Source: Callorhinchus milii | Lineage: Eukaryota | Length of the DNA stretch: 64,000 nucleotides | Direction: 5' to 3' | NCBI RefSeq assembly: GCF_018977255.1 | Contig: NW_024704743.1 | Coordinates: forward strand, 108,874,001 to 108,938,000 | Program-made: the position numbers and the translations under genes | Shown here: piece after piece, positions 1-11,904 of the stretch | How positions within the stretch are numbered: position 1 is the first letter of the stretch | Layout of the letters: every line of letters starts with the position of its first letter | The notes under the pieces: model-generated | What the model was told of the DNA's origin: nothing | What the model saw: the letters and a program-made list of their open reading frames with translations, nothing else | Database searches by the model: none

Positions 1-360
1 GGTTCCGAGAGTTTTAAGGCAGATTGGCTAGGTTGAGGAGGTCAGAACCGTGGGACAGAAGACGTCTGTGGGAACCAAAGAGTATGGCTTCTGTCTTACT
101 GATGGTTAACTGCAGGAAATTTGTGCTCATCCAATTCCTGATGTCCGACTGACAAGTTGACAGAACATCGGGGGACTGGAGGTCGCAGCTGGAGGTGGAA
201 AAGTAGAGTTGAGTGTCATCCACATACATGTGGAAGTTAACTCCGTGTCTGCGATGAAATCACCGAGAGGAAGCATATAGATGAGGAAGAGAAGGGGGCC
301 AAGGATGCATCATTGGGGTACCCCGCAGGTGACCTGGCGGAAGCGCGAAGAAAAGCCAAC
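1..360 (-). mobile_element. L2-clade LINE fragment (RT motifs), runs off window start
   Basis: Minus strand encodes degraded GVPQ..LGPLLFLIYMLPL and FHMYVDDTQLYFS (ORF 14..229); same family as 995-2053 and 10755-11904. Confidence 0.9.
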
Positions 361-924
361 AATGGGTAACATTCCACTATCCCTACTGAATGTTCTTACA
401 TTAGGTGAGTTTAGGGTTTTCTGAGAGCACTACCACAGCTTAATGGTCCGCAGTGACCAAGTCTGGTTTAATACAAGCGATCTCCATACGTAAGAGAGGG
501 AAATCCCATCATTGGCAGCTGAAATATCACAAAAGCTAATACTCCACCCAAGCAGTAGGTCACCCGCAATACGGTGAATTACCTGGGTTTGCCAGAGGAC
601 TGGTGTGTGAGGAGTCTCAGATTCAACGGAGAGACTATGCCTGAGGTGTACCATCTGTCCCATGAAGATCTGTGGGGCTTATCCATAATATTCTAACCCT
701 GCCATCTTCCTGTTACAGCAGCAAGCTGTTTTTTTATTTAGTCCAGTATACTGGCTTTAATCAGCTTTCCAAATAACCAGCTTCAATTGTTGAGTGCCCT
801 CTGTGTTCAAAATATTATTTGCTGTCTGAGCTAAAATTTTTCCTCACAACCCTGTCTATTTTCTCTTGTCCTTCTACCTTGATGTAAGTATTGCTCTGGG
901 TTTATTTTGCCTATCCTATTTCCT

Positions 925-982
925 GGGTGAAACCTTAGGCAAGTTTCCTTACTCCACATGCCTCTGTTTAGCCAGCAGTAAG
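925..982 (+). mobile_element. SINE family B fragment (CORE-like segment)
   Basis: gaaaccttaggcaagtttccttactccacatgcctctgttt matches 40490-40520 and 35312-35345. Confidence 0.7.
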
Positions 983-994
983 CCATCTCATGCA

Positions 995-2053
995 GTGTTC
1001 CTCAGGGCTGTGTGCTTGGTCCCTTCCTCTTCAATATCCATATGCTCCCTCTTGGTGACATCATCCTCAGACATGGGGTCAACTTCCACATGTATGCGGA
1101 TGACACCCAACTCTATCTCTCTGCTTCCACCCTTGATTCCAGGACCACTGCTGTCCTGACAGAATGTCTGTCAGACATCAAGTCCTGGATGAGAGCTAAC
1201 TTTCTTTAGTTGAACATCAACAAGTCTGAGGCCCTCCTGATTAGCTCCCGTCAGCGCCTCCACACCTCAGGCGCTGACAGCATCACCACCCAAGGATGCA
1301 CACTCCACCTCACCAAGCCAGTCTGGAAACTTGGCATTCTGTATGACCCTCACTTATCCTTTCTACCTCACATCCATGCCATGTCCTAGTCTGCCTTCCC
1401 CACCTCCGTAAAATCGCCCGGCTCCGCCACTGTCTCAGACTGCAGGCCACTGAAACCCTCATACACGCATTCATAACATCCAGGCTTGACTATGCAAACT
1501 CTCTGCTTGTCGGCCTCCCCAACTCCTCACTTCATAGGCTGCAGATCATCCAGAACTCTGCAGCCCATGTCCTCTCCTCAGGCTCCGTGAACCTATCACC
1601 CCCATCCTCGCTCGACTCCACTGGCTCCGCTTCATACAGAGGATACAGATCAAGATCCTGGTCCTCACCTTCATGGTCTTGCTCCACCCTACCTCTTTGA
1701 CCTCCTAACCCCCAACTAACCTGCCCACTCCCTTCACTCAGTGGGCTCAGGCCTGCTTCATGTCCCCCGCCTCGCCCACCCCACCATTGGCGGGCGAGCT
1801 TTCAGCTACTCTGCCCCCACCCTCTGGAACTCCATCCCGCAGGCCCTCCACCTCACCCCCTCCCTTGCCTCCTTCAAGACCCATTTCAAGACCCGGCTCT
1901 TTGACCATGCCTTCGATCACCCTCCTTCCCCCCTGCCCTCCACCCTCCATGAGCCTGATCCCCAGTTCGTGTCCAAAACACTGACTGTCCAGCGACTTGG
2001 GAAGTCCTCCCAATGTGAAAGGCGCCATACAAATATAATTTTGTTGTTGTTGT
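995..2053 (+). mobile_element. 5'-truncated, degraded L2-clade LINE (RT C-terminal half + 3' UTR)
   Basis: [26 protein letters not shown] and GGRAFSYSAPTLWNSIP motifs with stops/frameshifts; tail gtgaaaggcgccatacaaat...(TTG)n. Confidence 0.95.
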
Positions 2054-2089
2054 AATTAGGCACCCAGTTGTTAGTCAATTGGCTCCCGC

Positions 2090-2290
2090 ACCAAAAATAA
2101 TAAATAATAATAATTTGGTCACTCAATCCATGACTGATGTGGGACATTGCTGTGTGCAATTGGCTGCCGCATTTCAACCACAAAATATACAGTCAATTCC
2201 GATATATTACGGTATATTCTGTGAAGAACTTTGAGACATCTCAAAGACGTGATAAGGCGCGACATCAAATGCAAGGATTATTATTATTAT
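2090..2290 (+). mobile_element. SINE family B 3' half (Deu-like segment + L2-like tail)
   Basis: gtgggacattgctgtgtgcaattggctgccgc core; tail caaatgcaaggattattattat. Confidence 0.85.
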
Positions 2291-3204
2291 AAGGTCCCGT
2301 CTGAGAGGTCTCTTTCCAAGGCTGAAAAACCCGAGCTTATCTGAAACATTGGGGATCAGCCTTGTTGTTCTAAGACCTGAACTATTTCAATACTGTTCCT
2401 TCAATACATTTTTTAAAAAGGCACTGCATCCAATTTTAACAAATAGAGGAATCTTGGCCTCAATATTCTTATCTCTGTTGCGATGTCTTACAACCTCACA
2501 AGAGGACAAGAGAGCCTGCCAGGCATACAGTATTATCAATTTGAACCAGCTTCATCATCAAATTTTACTTAGCCAGAAGCCCCTGTTGATGACAGACCTC
2601 CTTTTCAAATACAGTTGACTGGGAGAGCAAAAAAAATCCTTGTGGCAATGGGCTCTTATTTGCACAAACCCTATGGCACAGTTGCATATCGTGAACAGAA
2701 AATGAGCACACATTTATTCTGATACTCATCATGGAGTATGGATCTTAAATCTGTTATGGCAAAAGAAATTGCTGCATGATTTTCCTTTTTATCATAAATT
2801 ACAGATCTGTTGCACAGTGCAAATATTACAGAGCTGTAAGACAGCTGTGTCCCATTAAAATATGTAATGGTCACTGATTTCTTACAGCACATGGTCATCA
2901 GGCTGAATCCGCAGCCAGTAATTAAGAAGATGAAATGTTTAATTGTGCTTTAATTTTGATAAAATTTATCTGTCACACATCCTGTAATCAGGCATTATGC
3001 TCACAAATCAATGTCATTGGACCTGAGTGGCGATGGACGCAGCAGATTCTCTCTCCTGACAGATTCATTTGAATGTCAAACTACTCTGCTAAGCAATCAC
3101 AACAGTGCTGAAGTGTCATCAACACTGCACAATTTGTGACGTACTGTATATGGCAGAGGAAAGTCCATTTCACACTTAAAGAAACACATTGTTTGATCTA
3201 AAAA

Positions 3205-3420
3205 TCCTTGTGTTTGATGTAGCACATTTCACGTCAGGAGGATATCTCAAAATGCTTCACAGAATACACTGTATATGTAGTGACTGCGTATTTTTGTAGA
3301 CGAATGCAGCAGCCAATTTGCATACACCAATTTGTACTACAAACAGCCACAGAATGAATTTTACCTGGGGATTGTTGGCTGGGACACTGAGAGAAACCCT
3401 CTTCTTTTGTTGAATAGTGC
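3205..3420 (-). mobile_element. Deu-type SINE 3' fragment
   Basis: Reverse complement of the Deu core (gcagccaatttgcatac) and tail (atccttgtgtttgat). Confidence 0.75.
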
Positions 3421-3475
3421 CTTTCTTTAACCTTTAACCTACGAATGAAGGAAATAGATTTCCATCCCCCGTTAA

Positions 3476-3820
3476 CAACAACAACAATTACATTTATAGA
3501 GCGCCTTTCACATCGGGAGGACGTCCCAAAGCGCTGAACAGTCAGGGGTCGGGACCCAAGCATAGTGGTGTAGGGGTGAGGGAAGGCAGAGAGGTGGGAC
3601 AGCGACCAAAGGCACGATCGAAGAGAAGAGTCTTGAGACCACCTTTGAAGGAGGCAAGGGAGGAAGCGAGGCGAAGGGACCGTGGGATGGAGTTCCAGAG
3701 TGTGGGGACAGAGAGGCTGAAAAACCGGCCACCGATGGTAGGGCGGGTCGGGCGGGAGACATGAAGCAGACCGGAGCCCACTGAACGGAGGGAGCGGGCA
3801 GGTTGGTAGGGCAGGTTAGG
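3476..3820 (-). mobile_element. L2 LINE 3' end
   Basis: (CAA)n tail on + strand; ORF 3542..3832 reads RSLRSVGSGLLHV..TIGGRFFSLSVPTLWNSIP. Confidence 0.92.
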
Positions 3821-4374
3821 AAACATTTGCATGTCCTGGCCCTATAAAGTTCAGTTTATGTCACTATTTTCTGTGCCAAAGGTATGGTCGAAAAGATGGT
3901 TCATGAGGTGCGTTTTGAAGGCGGGGAGGGAGAGAGGGAGAGTGGAGGGACTCCAGGATGGAGTACCAGAGCGGGAGCAGAGTGGCTATAAACAATGCTT
4001 GCCGATTAGGATTTTTTTTACATAAGCAAACATGGCAGCTAATCCACACCAGCAATGTCCTGTAAACAGAGGTGATGAGCAGTCAATTCATCTGAAAATT
4101 GGGGGTTGGAGAATTTAAATTTGGATATAATTTAGATTGGATCATATAACACTAATAATGAGGTCAACATTGTGACAACTGATATTTATCACATCAAATG
4201 TACTCAGATACTGTGACCCACGAGATGGAAATCGAATACTAAGGGCCTAGCTTCAGGCAGATCCAGGGAGCATTCGTTGTACCACTAAATTGACTTCACA
4301 TTAAGTAACTATGAATTGCAACTTCTTCTTTATATTAGACGTGCTGTGTTCTGATCATACAGTCGTAACCAGTG

Positions 4375-4805
4375 CATTGAGTTCAAAATTCTCATCCTCA
4401 CTTTCAAGGGCCTCCATGGCCTTGCCCCCTCTTACCTGCTAACCCCTTATCAACCTGTCCGCTCCCTCTGCTCAGCAGGCTCCAGCCTGCTCCATGTCCC
4501 CTGCCCGGCTTGCCCCACCATCGGCGGTCGGGCCTTCAACCTCTCTGCCCCCACCCTCTGGAACTTCATACCACATTTCTTTTGCCTCGTTCCCTCCCTT
4601 GCCTCCTTCAAGGAACACCTCAAGAGCCTCTTTTTCAATCGTGCCTTCAGCCACCTTCCTACCCTCACTGTCCTCCACTAACCCTGATCCCAACCCCTCC
4701 CACCGTAACCCCCCCACCTCCGCACAAGTCCCAATCCCTGACTGTTCAGAGCTTTGGGATGTCCTACCGACGTGAAAGGTGCTTTACAAATGTAACTTTG
4801 TATTA
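4375..4805 (+). mobile_element. L2 LINE 3' end
   Basis: [34 protein letters not shown]2 tail gtgaaaggtgctttacaaatgt. Confidence 0.9.
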
Positions 4806-5380
4806 TATTCTTTTATAAACATGTTGAGGCATACATTTTGAAAATATTCGACATCTTGAAAAATCTTTGTTTTCCAAAGCCAATCATCGGACGCAACATA
4901 TTTTTACATTTTTGAAGATTTTAGTAAATGTTAGTGCATCAATACTTAAGGGAATAATCAATACTTGAGGCTGGACTCATTTAAAAAGCAGCTTGATGCT
5001 GTGAGTGGCTGTTTTGGAAGGAACAGCTCAATGGGTTGAAGAGCCTTCTTCAACCGAACCAATCTTGTGATCTTATATTATTATAATATATTATAAAATT
5101 TATTATTATAAAATTATATTGTACTAGCTGTGCTGGTTGCAGTTAGACTTGTAACCAAAGGATCCAATGTGGAATGTAGATTGACACGCAGACATACACA
5201 CAGACAGATATTTCATCTTTATCTATACTCATCTGGAAGGACTCCCTGTGGGAGGGCTCCTTTTTAGAAGAACTCAGTGGGAGGACTTGCCGCTTTAAAA
5301 ATGTAATTTTGTTACGTGCTGTTGCCGTGGCTTAGCTTTATTTGTGTTCTTTATTTTGTTCCCGCCATTTGGTTACGTGT

Positions 5381-5529
5381 GTGCTCTGTGACGTAGGATG
5401 CCACAGCTCCACGGTCAGCCGGCACGGACACCAGGTGTAACCGCAGTGTGCATACATATGTAGGTGGTCTGTGACGAATGATGCCACAGCACCACTTTGA
5501 CTCGGCGGCCACCAGGTGGAACTGCAGCG
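5381..5529. repeat. Two-copy diverged tandem duplication (period 83 bp) in a CpG-rich patch
   Basis: 5381 gtgctctgtgacgtaggatgccacagctccac...caccaggtgtaaccgcagtg vs 5464 gtggtctgtgacgaatgatgccacagcaccac...caccaggtggaactgcagcg. Confidence 0.85.
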
Positions 5530-6235
5530 AAAAATGCAAAACTGAAAATAACTCATGAACGATAGGAGATACCTGAAAACAAATATGCCCATGTCACTTC
5601 CAGTTACACAACCTTTCCGATGAGGTATAAATCATGTCTTCATATTAATTGGTTATTGAAATCCTTCTTGAAGTGCAGACAGCCATTGTCATTTTATTGG
5701 TATAGATTATTATCAAAAATTATACTATATTATTATATCTTGTGCTGGGAAATCTAAAATGCCGAATTCCTCAGTATGCGCAGTAAATCTCTAGAATTCA
5801 CAGTTTCTCACACTGATTGTAAGGTTTCCCAAGCTGTTTGGTGGATTTCATCAGTTACCACTCACCCCTGCCATTGATTACAACATCAGTCTCATGGCCA
5901 AGCCACCACTTCATTTATTGCATGATTTTATTGCTGTTTTAGCAAATAGTCTTGTGTGTATAAACAGATTCTAAAAGTCTAAAAGCATCATTATTTTCAT
6001 AACTAAGAACACAAGACCATTGGAGAGGTCCAGATGATGTAAGCCTTTCAACCCATTTAATCTTCTCCTTCCTGGATGTCAACCCTTTCTTCTTCCCATT
6101 ACAGTATTAAGCTTTTTCCTAAATGAGTGCAATGACCTAGGATTTACCGGTGTTCCAAGACGTTACCCAGTATTAAGGGTGCTACATAAATGAAAGTTGT
6201 TATTGTTTCTGCTAACTTGTTCCAGCAGATAATTA

Positions 6236-7290
6236 TTCCCTGAATTGGCAGGATGTAACTAGTGGAGTGCCACAAGGATCAGTGCTTGGGCCTCAGCTAT
6301 TTACCATTTACATCAATGATCTGGACGAGGACATTGAATGTAATGTGTCTAAATTCGCAGATGATACTAAACTAGGTAGCAGATGATGCAAAAAGATTGC
6401 AACAAGATATAGATAGGCTAGGGGAGTGGGCAAGTAGGTGGCAGATGGAATTCAATGTTAGCAAGTGTGAAATTACTCACCTCGGTAGAAAGAATAAAAG
6501 AACAGATTATTTTCTGGAAGGGGAGAAGTTAGATAGTGTTAGTATTCAAATAGTGCTAGTATTCAGATAGTATTAGTATCCTTGTACACCAGTCCCAAAA
6601 AGTTAGTTTGCAGGTGCAGCAAGCAACTAAGAAGGCGAACGGCATGTTAGCGTTCATTTCGAAAGGTTTAGAATATAAGAGTAGGGAAGTCTTGCTGCAA
6701 CTGTATAGGGCTTTGGTGAGACCGCACCTAGAGTATTGTGTGCAGTTTTGGTCTCCTTATTTAAAAAAGGACATACTTGCCCTAGAGGGGGTGCAGCATA
6801 GATTCACTTGGTTAGTTCCTGGGATGAGGGGACTGACCTATGAGGATAGGCTAAATAAACTAGGGCTGTATTCTCTAGAGTACAGAAGAATTAGGGGGGA
6901 TCTTATTGAAACTTATAAGATTCTTAAAAGGGCTGGATAAAGTAGACACTGAGGGTCTGTTTCCCCTGGTAGGAGAATCTATAACCAGGGGTCACAGTCT
7001 TAAAATTAAGAGTCAGCCTCTTAGAACAGAGTTGAGGAAACATTTCTTCACTCAGAGGGTAGTGAACTTATGGAATTCACTACCCCAGAAGGCTATAGAT
7101 GCTCAGTCCTTGAACATGTTCAAGGCTGAGACTGATAGATTCTTGAAAAATAGAGGGATTAGGGGATATGGGGATAGGGCAGGTAATCAAAGTTAGGTGA
7201 GAAGATCAGCCATGATCTTATTGAATGGCGGAGCAGGCATGAAGGGCCGAATGGCCTACTCCTGCTCCTAATTCTTATGTTCTTATGTTC
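6236..7290 (+). mobile_element. 5'-truncated CR1-clade LINE
   Basis: [69 protein letters not shown]; tail (TTCTTATG)n. Confidence 0.96.
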
Positions 7291-7633
7291 TAACCTCATC
7301 TGCATTTTAACAACCACTTTAGGATGTCCTCCCAATATGAAAGGCACTATATAAATGTTATTTGTTGTTGGTGGTAAGTTTTTGGCTTTAAAGGAGACAG
7401 TGAGAGAGCTTATGCAATGCGAGTGGCACGAGGGAAGTTTGTGCTCATGCAAAGGGCATTTCATAAATGCCATTAACACAGTAAGGGGCCTTGCCAGTAT
7501 TAAAGCAATTTTAATTTACAACATTGCACCAGTATTAAGAATTGACAGAAAATGTGCTGCCAAGATTCAAGGCAAATTGAGAGTGCTGGCTCTTTTCTGA
7601 ACATATTTGTCTCCTTGTTGCCAGTGAAATTTA

Positions 7634-7830
7634 ACAATAATAATCCTTGCATTTGATATAGTATCTCATCACGTCAAATGCCTCAAAGTATTTCTGTAAA
7701 ATGTGGTGACTTTGCATTGTTGGCAAACACAGCAGCCAAACTGCATGCAGTCCCACAAACAGACATGAAGTGAATGACTTATTTTTTATCTGAGGGATTG
7801 TTGCCCAGGACACCACAAGGAACTCCCTTC
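7634..7830 (-). mobile_element. Deu-type SINE 3' fragment
   Basis: taataatccttgcatttgatatag tail and cagccaaactgcatgcagtcccacaaacag core, in reverse. Confidence 0.75.
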
Positions 7831-9461
7831 CCTATGGAATATTTCTGCTTGAATGGGAGCTCATACAAGAGATAGCATTGACAGAGTGCTATGCTTCTAC
7901 ATGTATGTAGAATATATTGTATTTAAACGAAAGAACAGGCAGCATTTTCATGAATGGAAAATCTGCACTTTTTTAATCAAGGTGATGTGATGTACAATAA
8001 ATGTTACAAATACCATATGGTAAAATGTAGTCTTTGATTCTAGTATTTACCTCACCCTAATTCAGAGCTCCAGCTTTGTGCAGACTTTGTTCAGTCTCAA
8101 TGTGGCTGCAATAATTTTTTATATCATCTCTGCCTCAAAATGATAATGATTCAGTTGCCTTTGAACAAGATCTCATCTTGAACAGACAATTCATCTTGGA
8201 GATGCTAGTTCTATTTATCTCAGGGAGGAAATCATTGTTTTTGCCCATTTACCTGAAATGGTTTCAACTTTATTAAGAAATTCACAATACAATATCAAAC
8301 AAGTTACTTAATGAGGCTTCTGAATTTGTTTTTTGATCATGATATCTTCAATATTTGGATTCAGTTTTGAGAACACCAATAGAAGATATTAAGGTGATCA
8401 CTTGTTAGTATTTTTTTATGAAATTCATGGTGGAAAAGGATTGCTCACAGGTGTAGGTTGATCCGAATCTGCACACCACTGCTGGTCATGCAATTTAGGA
8501 AAATCACTCTTAGGGACAAATTTCCAAAACGACTTCAAGTCCTGCCTTACAGAACAAGCACACAGTTATTTGAATTTGCTATGTAGGCCTAAATGATTTT
8601 TAAGTTCCAAAATTTCCAACTGCATTTCTTGTGGATAATGTTCAACCTCAGTGCCCGAAAGAGAGAAAGGGTTGGTGAAAAGTGCTATAATGTCTTTGAA
8701 GTGTTGATTCTTTCAAACACAGATTAGATAGCTTTCCTTTAGGAAATAACATTATGGGATATAGTACATAAGTAGTTTGGGACACATGTGCATGCGACCG
8801 CCAGGAAGGTGAACTGGATGGACTTTTTTAGTCTAGCGTTTCTTATGTTCTTATACCTTCTTTAAAATCTTGAAAACGGGCATCAAAGGAATTAATTAAT
8901 GAAGAAATCGTGCTTTTATATTTTTCGAAATTGATGATGATGTTACTGACACTTTTTTACTCTTGCAAATGAAGAAAGTCAGTCTAATCAGTCAGTCAAT
9001 CCGTCAGTCAGTTCAGTCCGTCCTGTCCATTCCATATGTTCTAGGTTGAAACGTGTCCTCAGTTCACATAACAAAGCATTTTTTCTTGTGATGATATAAG
9101 TTCTTGAACCAAAGTCTCATCCTTGGCTGGTACTTTTCCAAGTAGGAGAACTGCTTCCTGTTGATAGCCCCTCAGTGCTCCCTGGGTCAATGTGATGTGA
9201 TCGGGAGGATGAAGAGATACGGGGAGTGGGGAGGGAGTGGGGGGGAGAGTGACAACAACATAGGGGTGAGAGAGGATGACAACAAAGTTGTGGTGGCAAG
9301 AAAAGACAACTAAGGGAGGGGAGGAAGTTAGAAAAAAAAGCAATAGAAATGAACAGAATCTTTTCTTTCTCCTCCTCCTTAAAAACAAGCTAAAATTATA
9401 CTAACACTCGTTTCAAAATTTACATGACTACACCTCAATGTTAAAATACTTTCACACTACA

Positions 9462-9632
9462 ATAATAGTAATCCCTTGTATTTGGTATAGCACCTTTCAC
9501 ATCAGTAGAGATCTCAAAGAGTTTCACAGGACTTACTGTAAAGTGTGTTCTGTGCCAGCCAATTTGCACTCAACAGTGTCCAACAAACAGCCATGTGATA
9601 TTTATCTGGGGTAATTGTGGGGCAGGACACAA
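9462..9632 (-). mobile_element. Deu-type SINE 3' fragment
   Basis: Reverse tail plus cagccaatttgcac core. Confidence 0.7.
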
Positions 9633-9786
9633 TTACTTTAGATTCCACAACAGATAATGAGGATGAAATGACGACTTACTGTCTAATTAACTGAACGCAT
9701 CTTGGTACTTCATTCCACTTTTAATGATGGGCTAATAGTTTAAAGCAAGATGATCTAACTGTTTGGATGCCCAGGGACGGACACCA

Positions 9787-9955
9787 AATAATCCCTCCAA
9801 AAACCAAAAACAATAATAAAATTGGTCATTTTCAATCTACGACTGTTTGTGGGTCATTGCTGTGCGCAATTGGCTGCCGCGTTTGCCCAAAAATGTCTGA
9901 CGTGAAAAGCGCTATATCAAATGCAAGGATTATTATTATTATTATTATTATTATT
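9787..9955 (+). mobile_element. SINE family B fragment, internally deleted, long (TTA)n tail
   Basis: ataatccctccaaaaaccaaaaac...gctgtgcgcaattggctgccgcg...gcaaggattattattatt. Confidence 0.85.
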
Positions 9956-10271
9956 TGAGAAATGTCTGCTGGCCACATAAGCAATATTTTTGTATTTCCT
10001 TTCCAGAAACATAACATTTACACTGCACTGCACAACTCTGTTGGATGGTATGGAATAAACCTTGATGTGTTTCGGAACCAAATGCTAGCACACAATAAAC
10101 GTCACTCACGCAATGCAGTGACTGCGGACCTACCTTGCTGGTCAGTTTGGGGTCGGGTTTCTTTGCCAAAAGCAGCAGAAGAATTTCATCCTTTGAGTGG
10201 GCTGCAACCAAATACAGAGCAGCGTGTCTGTCCTGAAACAAAAGAACCGGGAACATGTTACAACATACAAC

Positions 10272-10575
10272 AAAAACAAATTACATTTGTATAGCGTCTT
10301 TCACATTAGGAGGATGTCCCAAGGCGCTGGACAATCAGGGATCTGCACCCAAGGTGGTGGAGCATGGAGAGCGGAGAGGGTAGGGGTAGGAGGTTGACTG
10401 AAGGCATGGTCGAAAAGGAGGATCTTGAAATGGGTTTTGAAGGAGGCAAGGCAGAGGGCTAGGTGAAGGGACTGTGGGATGGAGTTCAAGAGGGTGTGGG
10501 CAAAGAGACTGAAGGCCGACTCACCTGCCAATGGTGGGGCGGACAAGGCGGGGGACATTGAGGGTGAGCAGCACC
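10272..10575 (-). mobile_element. L2 LINE 3' end
   Basis: ORF 10301..10579 AFSLFAHTLLNSIPQSLHLA..FKTHFK; L2 tail. Confidence 0.88.
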
Positions 10576-10754
10576 TCAATTCGTAAGAGCTTAAGGGTAC
10601 ATGGCGAGTCTATTTAGTCCATTCAAGGCTATTCTTCTCACAAGTATGTCCATTCAACAAGCATTGACCATTGATCCCATAACTATTGATCCCAAGAAAT
10701 TCCCTCTATATATGCTCTCTTCCCAAATCTCAATTGGAGCTGGGTACTACCTCT

Positions 10755-11904
10755 ACAACAACAACAACAACAAGATTCCATTTATAGAGCGCCTTTCACG
10801 TCAGGAGGACGTCCCAAGGCGCTGCACAGTTGGGTCATGACCCGAGCAGGGGGGAAATGGTCAGGGTGAGGGGAGGGAAGGGAGGGAGAGAGGAGGGGGG
10901 AAATGGTCAGGGTGAGGGGAGGGAAGGGAGGGAGCGAGGAGGAGGAAGAGAGTCGAGAGGGGAGCTGAAGGCACGGTCAAAGAGAAAGGTTTTGAGACCG
11001 GCCTTGAAGGAGGAAAGGGAGGAAGCAAGGCGAAGGCACTGGGGGATGGAGTTCCAGAGCCTGGGGGCTGAGAGGCTGAAGGCCCGACCACCGATGGTAG
11101 GGCGGTTGGGGCGGGGGACGTGGAGCAGACCGGAGCCAGAGGAACGGAGGGTACGGGCAGGTAGGTAGGGGGATAGTAGGTTGGAGAGGTAGGAGGGAGC
11201 AAGGCCGTGAATGGCCTTGTAGGTGAGGATGAGGATCTTGAAATCAATCCTCTGGGGGATGGGGAGCCAGTGGAGGCGAGCGAGGTTGGGAGTGATGTGA
11301 TCGCGAAGCCTGGTGCGGGACAGTACACGAGCTGCAGAGTTCTGAATGACCTGCAGCTTGTGGAGGGAGGTGGCGGGAAGGCCGGCGAGGAGAGAGTTCC
11401 CATAGTCCAGCCTTGAGGTGACAAAGGCGTGAACCAGGGTTTCAGCGGCGTGAGGGGTGAGGTAGTGCCGTAGTCTGGCGATATTCCGGAGGTGATGGAA
11501 GGCGGTGCCAGTTGTGGTGCGGATGTGAGGGAGAAAGGACAGCTCAGGGTCGAACAAAACGCCGAGGTTCCTGACTGGCTTTGAGAGGTGGAGAGTGCAG
11601 CCTTGGATGCTGATGGTGTCAGCGCCTGAGGTGCGGAGGCGCTGACGTGAGCCAATCAGGAGGGCCTCGGTTTTTCGCACGTTGAGCTGAAGAAAGTTGT
11701 CTCTCGTCCAGGACTCGATGTCGGACAGGCAGGCTGTCAGGACATCGGTGGTCGTGGAGTTGAGAGTAGAGGAGGAAAGGTAGAGTTGGGTGTCATCCGC
11801 ATACATGTGGAAGTTAACCCCATGTTTGCGGATGATGTCACCAAGGGGGAGCATATAGAGGGTGAAGAGGAGGGGACCGAGGACAGAGCCCTGAGGGACA
11901 CCAC
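10755..11904 (-). mobile_element. Young 5'-truncated L2-clade LINE
   Basis: Uninterrupted ORF2 C-terminus, CpG-rich, (CAA)n tail; tandem duplication of gggggaaatggtcagggtgaggggagggaagggaggga in the 3' UTR. Confidence 0.97.
10907..11854 (-). pseudogene. L2 ORF2 C-terminal portion (RT motif YADD onward), 5'-truncated
   Basis: 315-aa ORF with [50 protein letters not shown]; the frame continues to [11 protein letters not shown] at about 11904. No endonuclease or RT N-terminus. Confidence 0.93.

Noticed and set aside
430..720. ORF 430..663 and exon-like signals on both strands
   Set aside because: No recognisable protein motif and stops in most frames; a faint resemblance to a Gypsy integrase C-terminus is too weak to call.
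5338..5592. ORFs 5338..5592 and 5351..5539 as a coding exon
   Set aside because: Explained by the GC-rich tandem duplication; the 83-bp period does not preserve frame and no homology is recognisable.
8975..9035. Degenerate (TCAG)n tract
   Set aside because: Ordinary decayed microsatellite.
9059..9388. 109-aa hydrophobic ORF
   Set aside because: Arises from purine-rich low-complexity sequence.
10830..11655. Long alternative-frame and antisense ORFs (264 aa, 112 aa)
   Set aside because: By-products of the C-rich L2 ORF2 composition.
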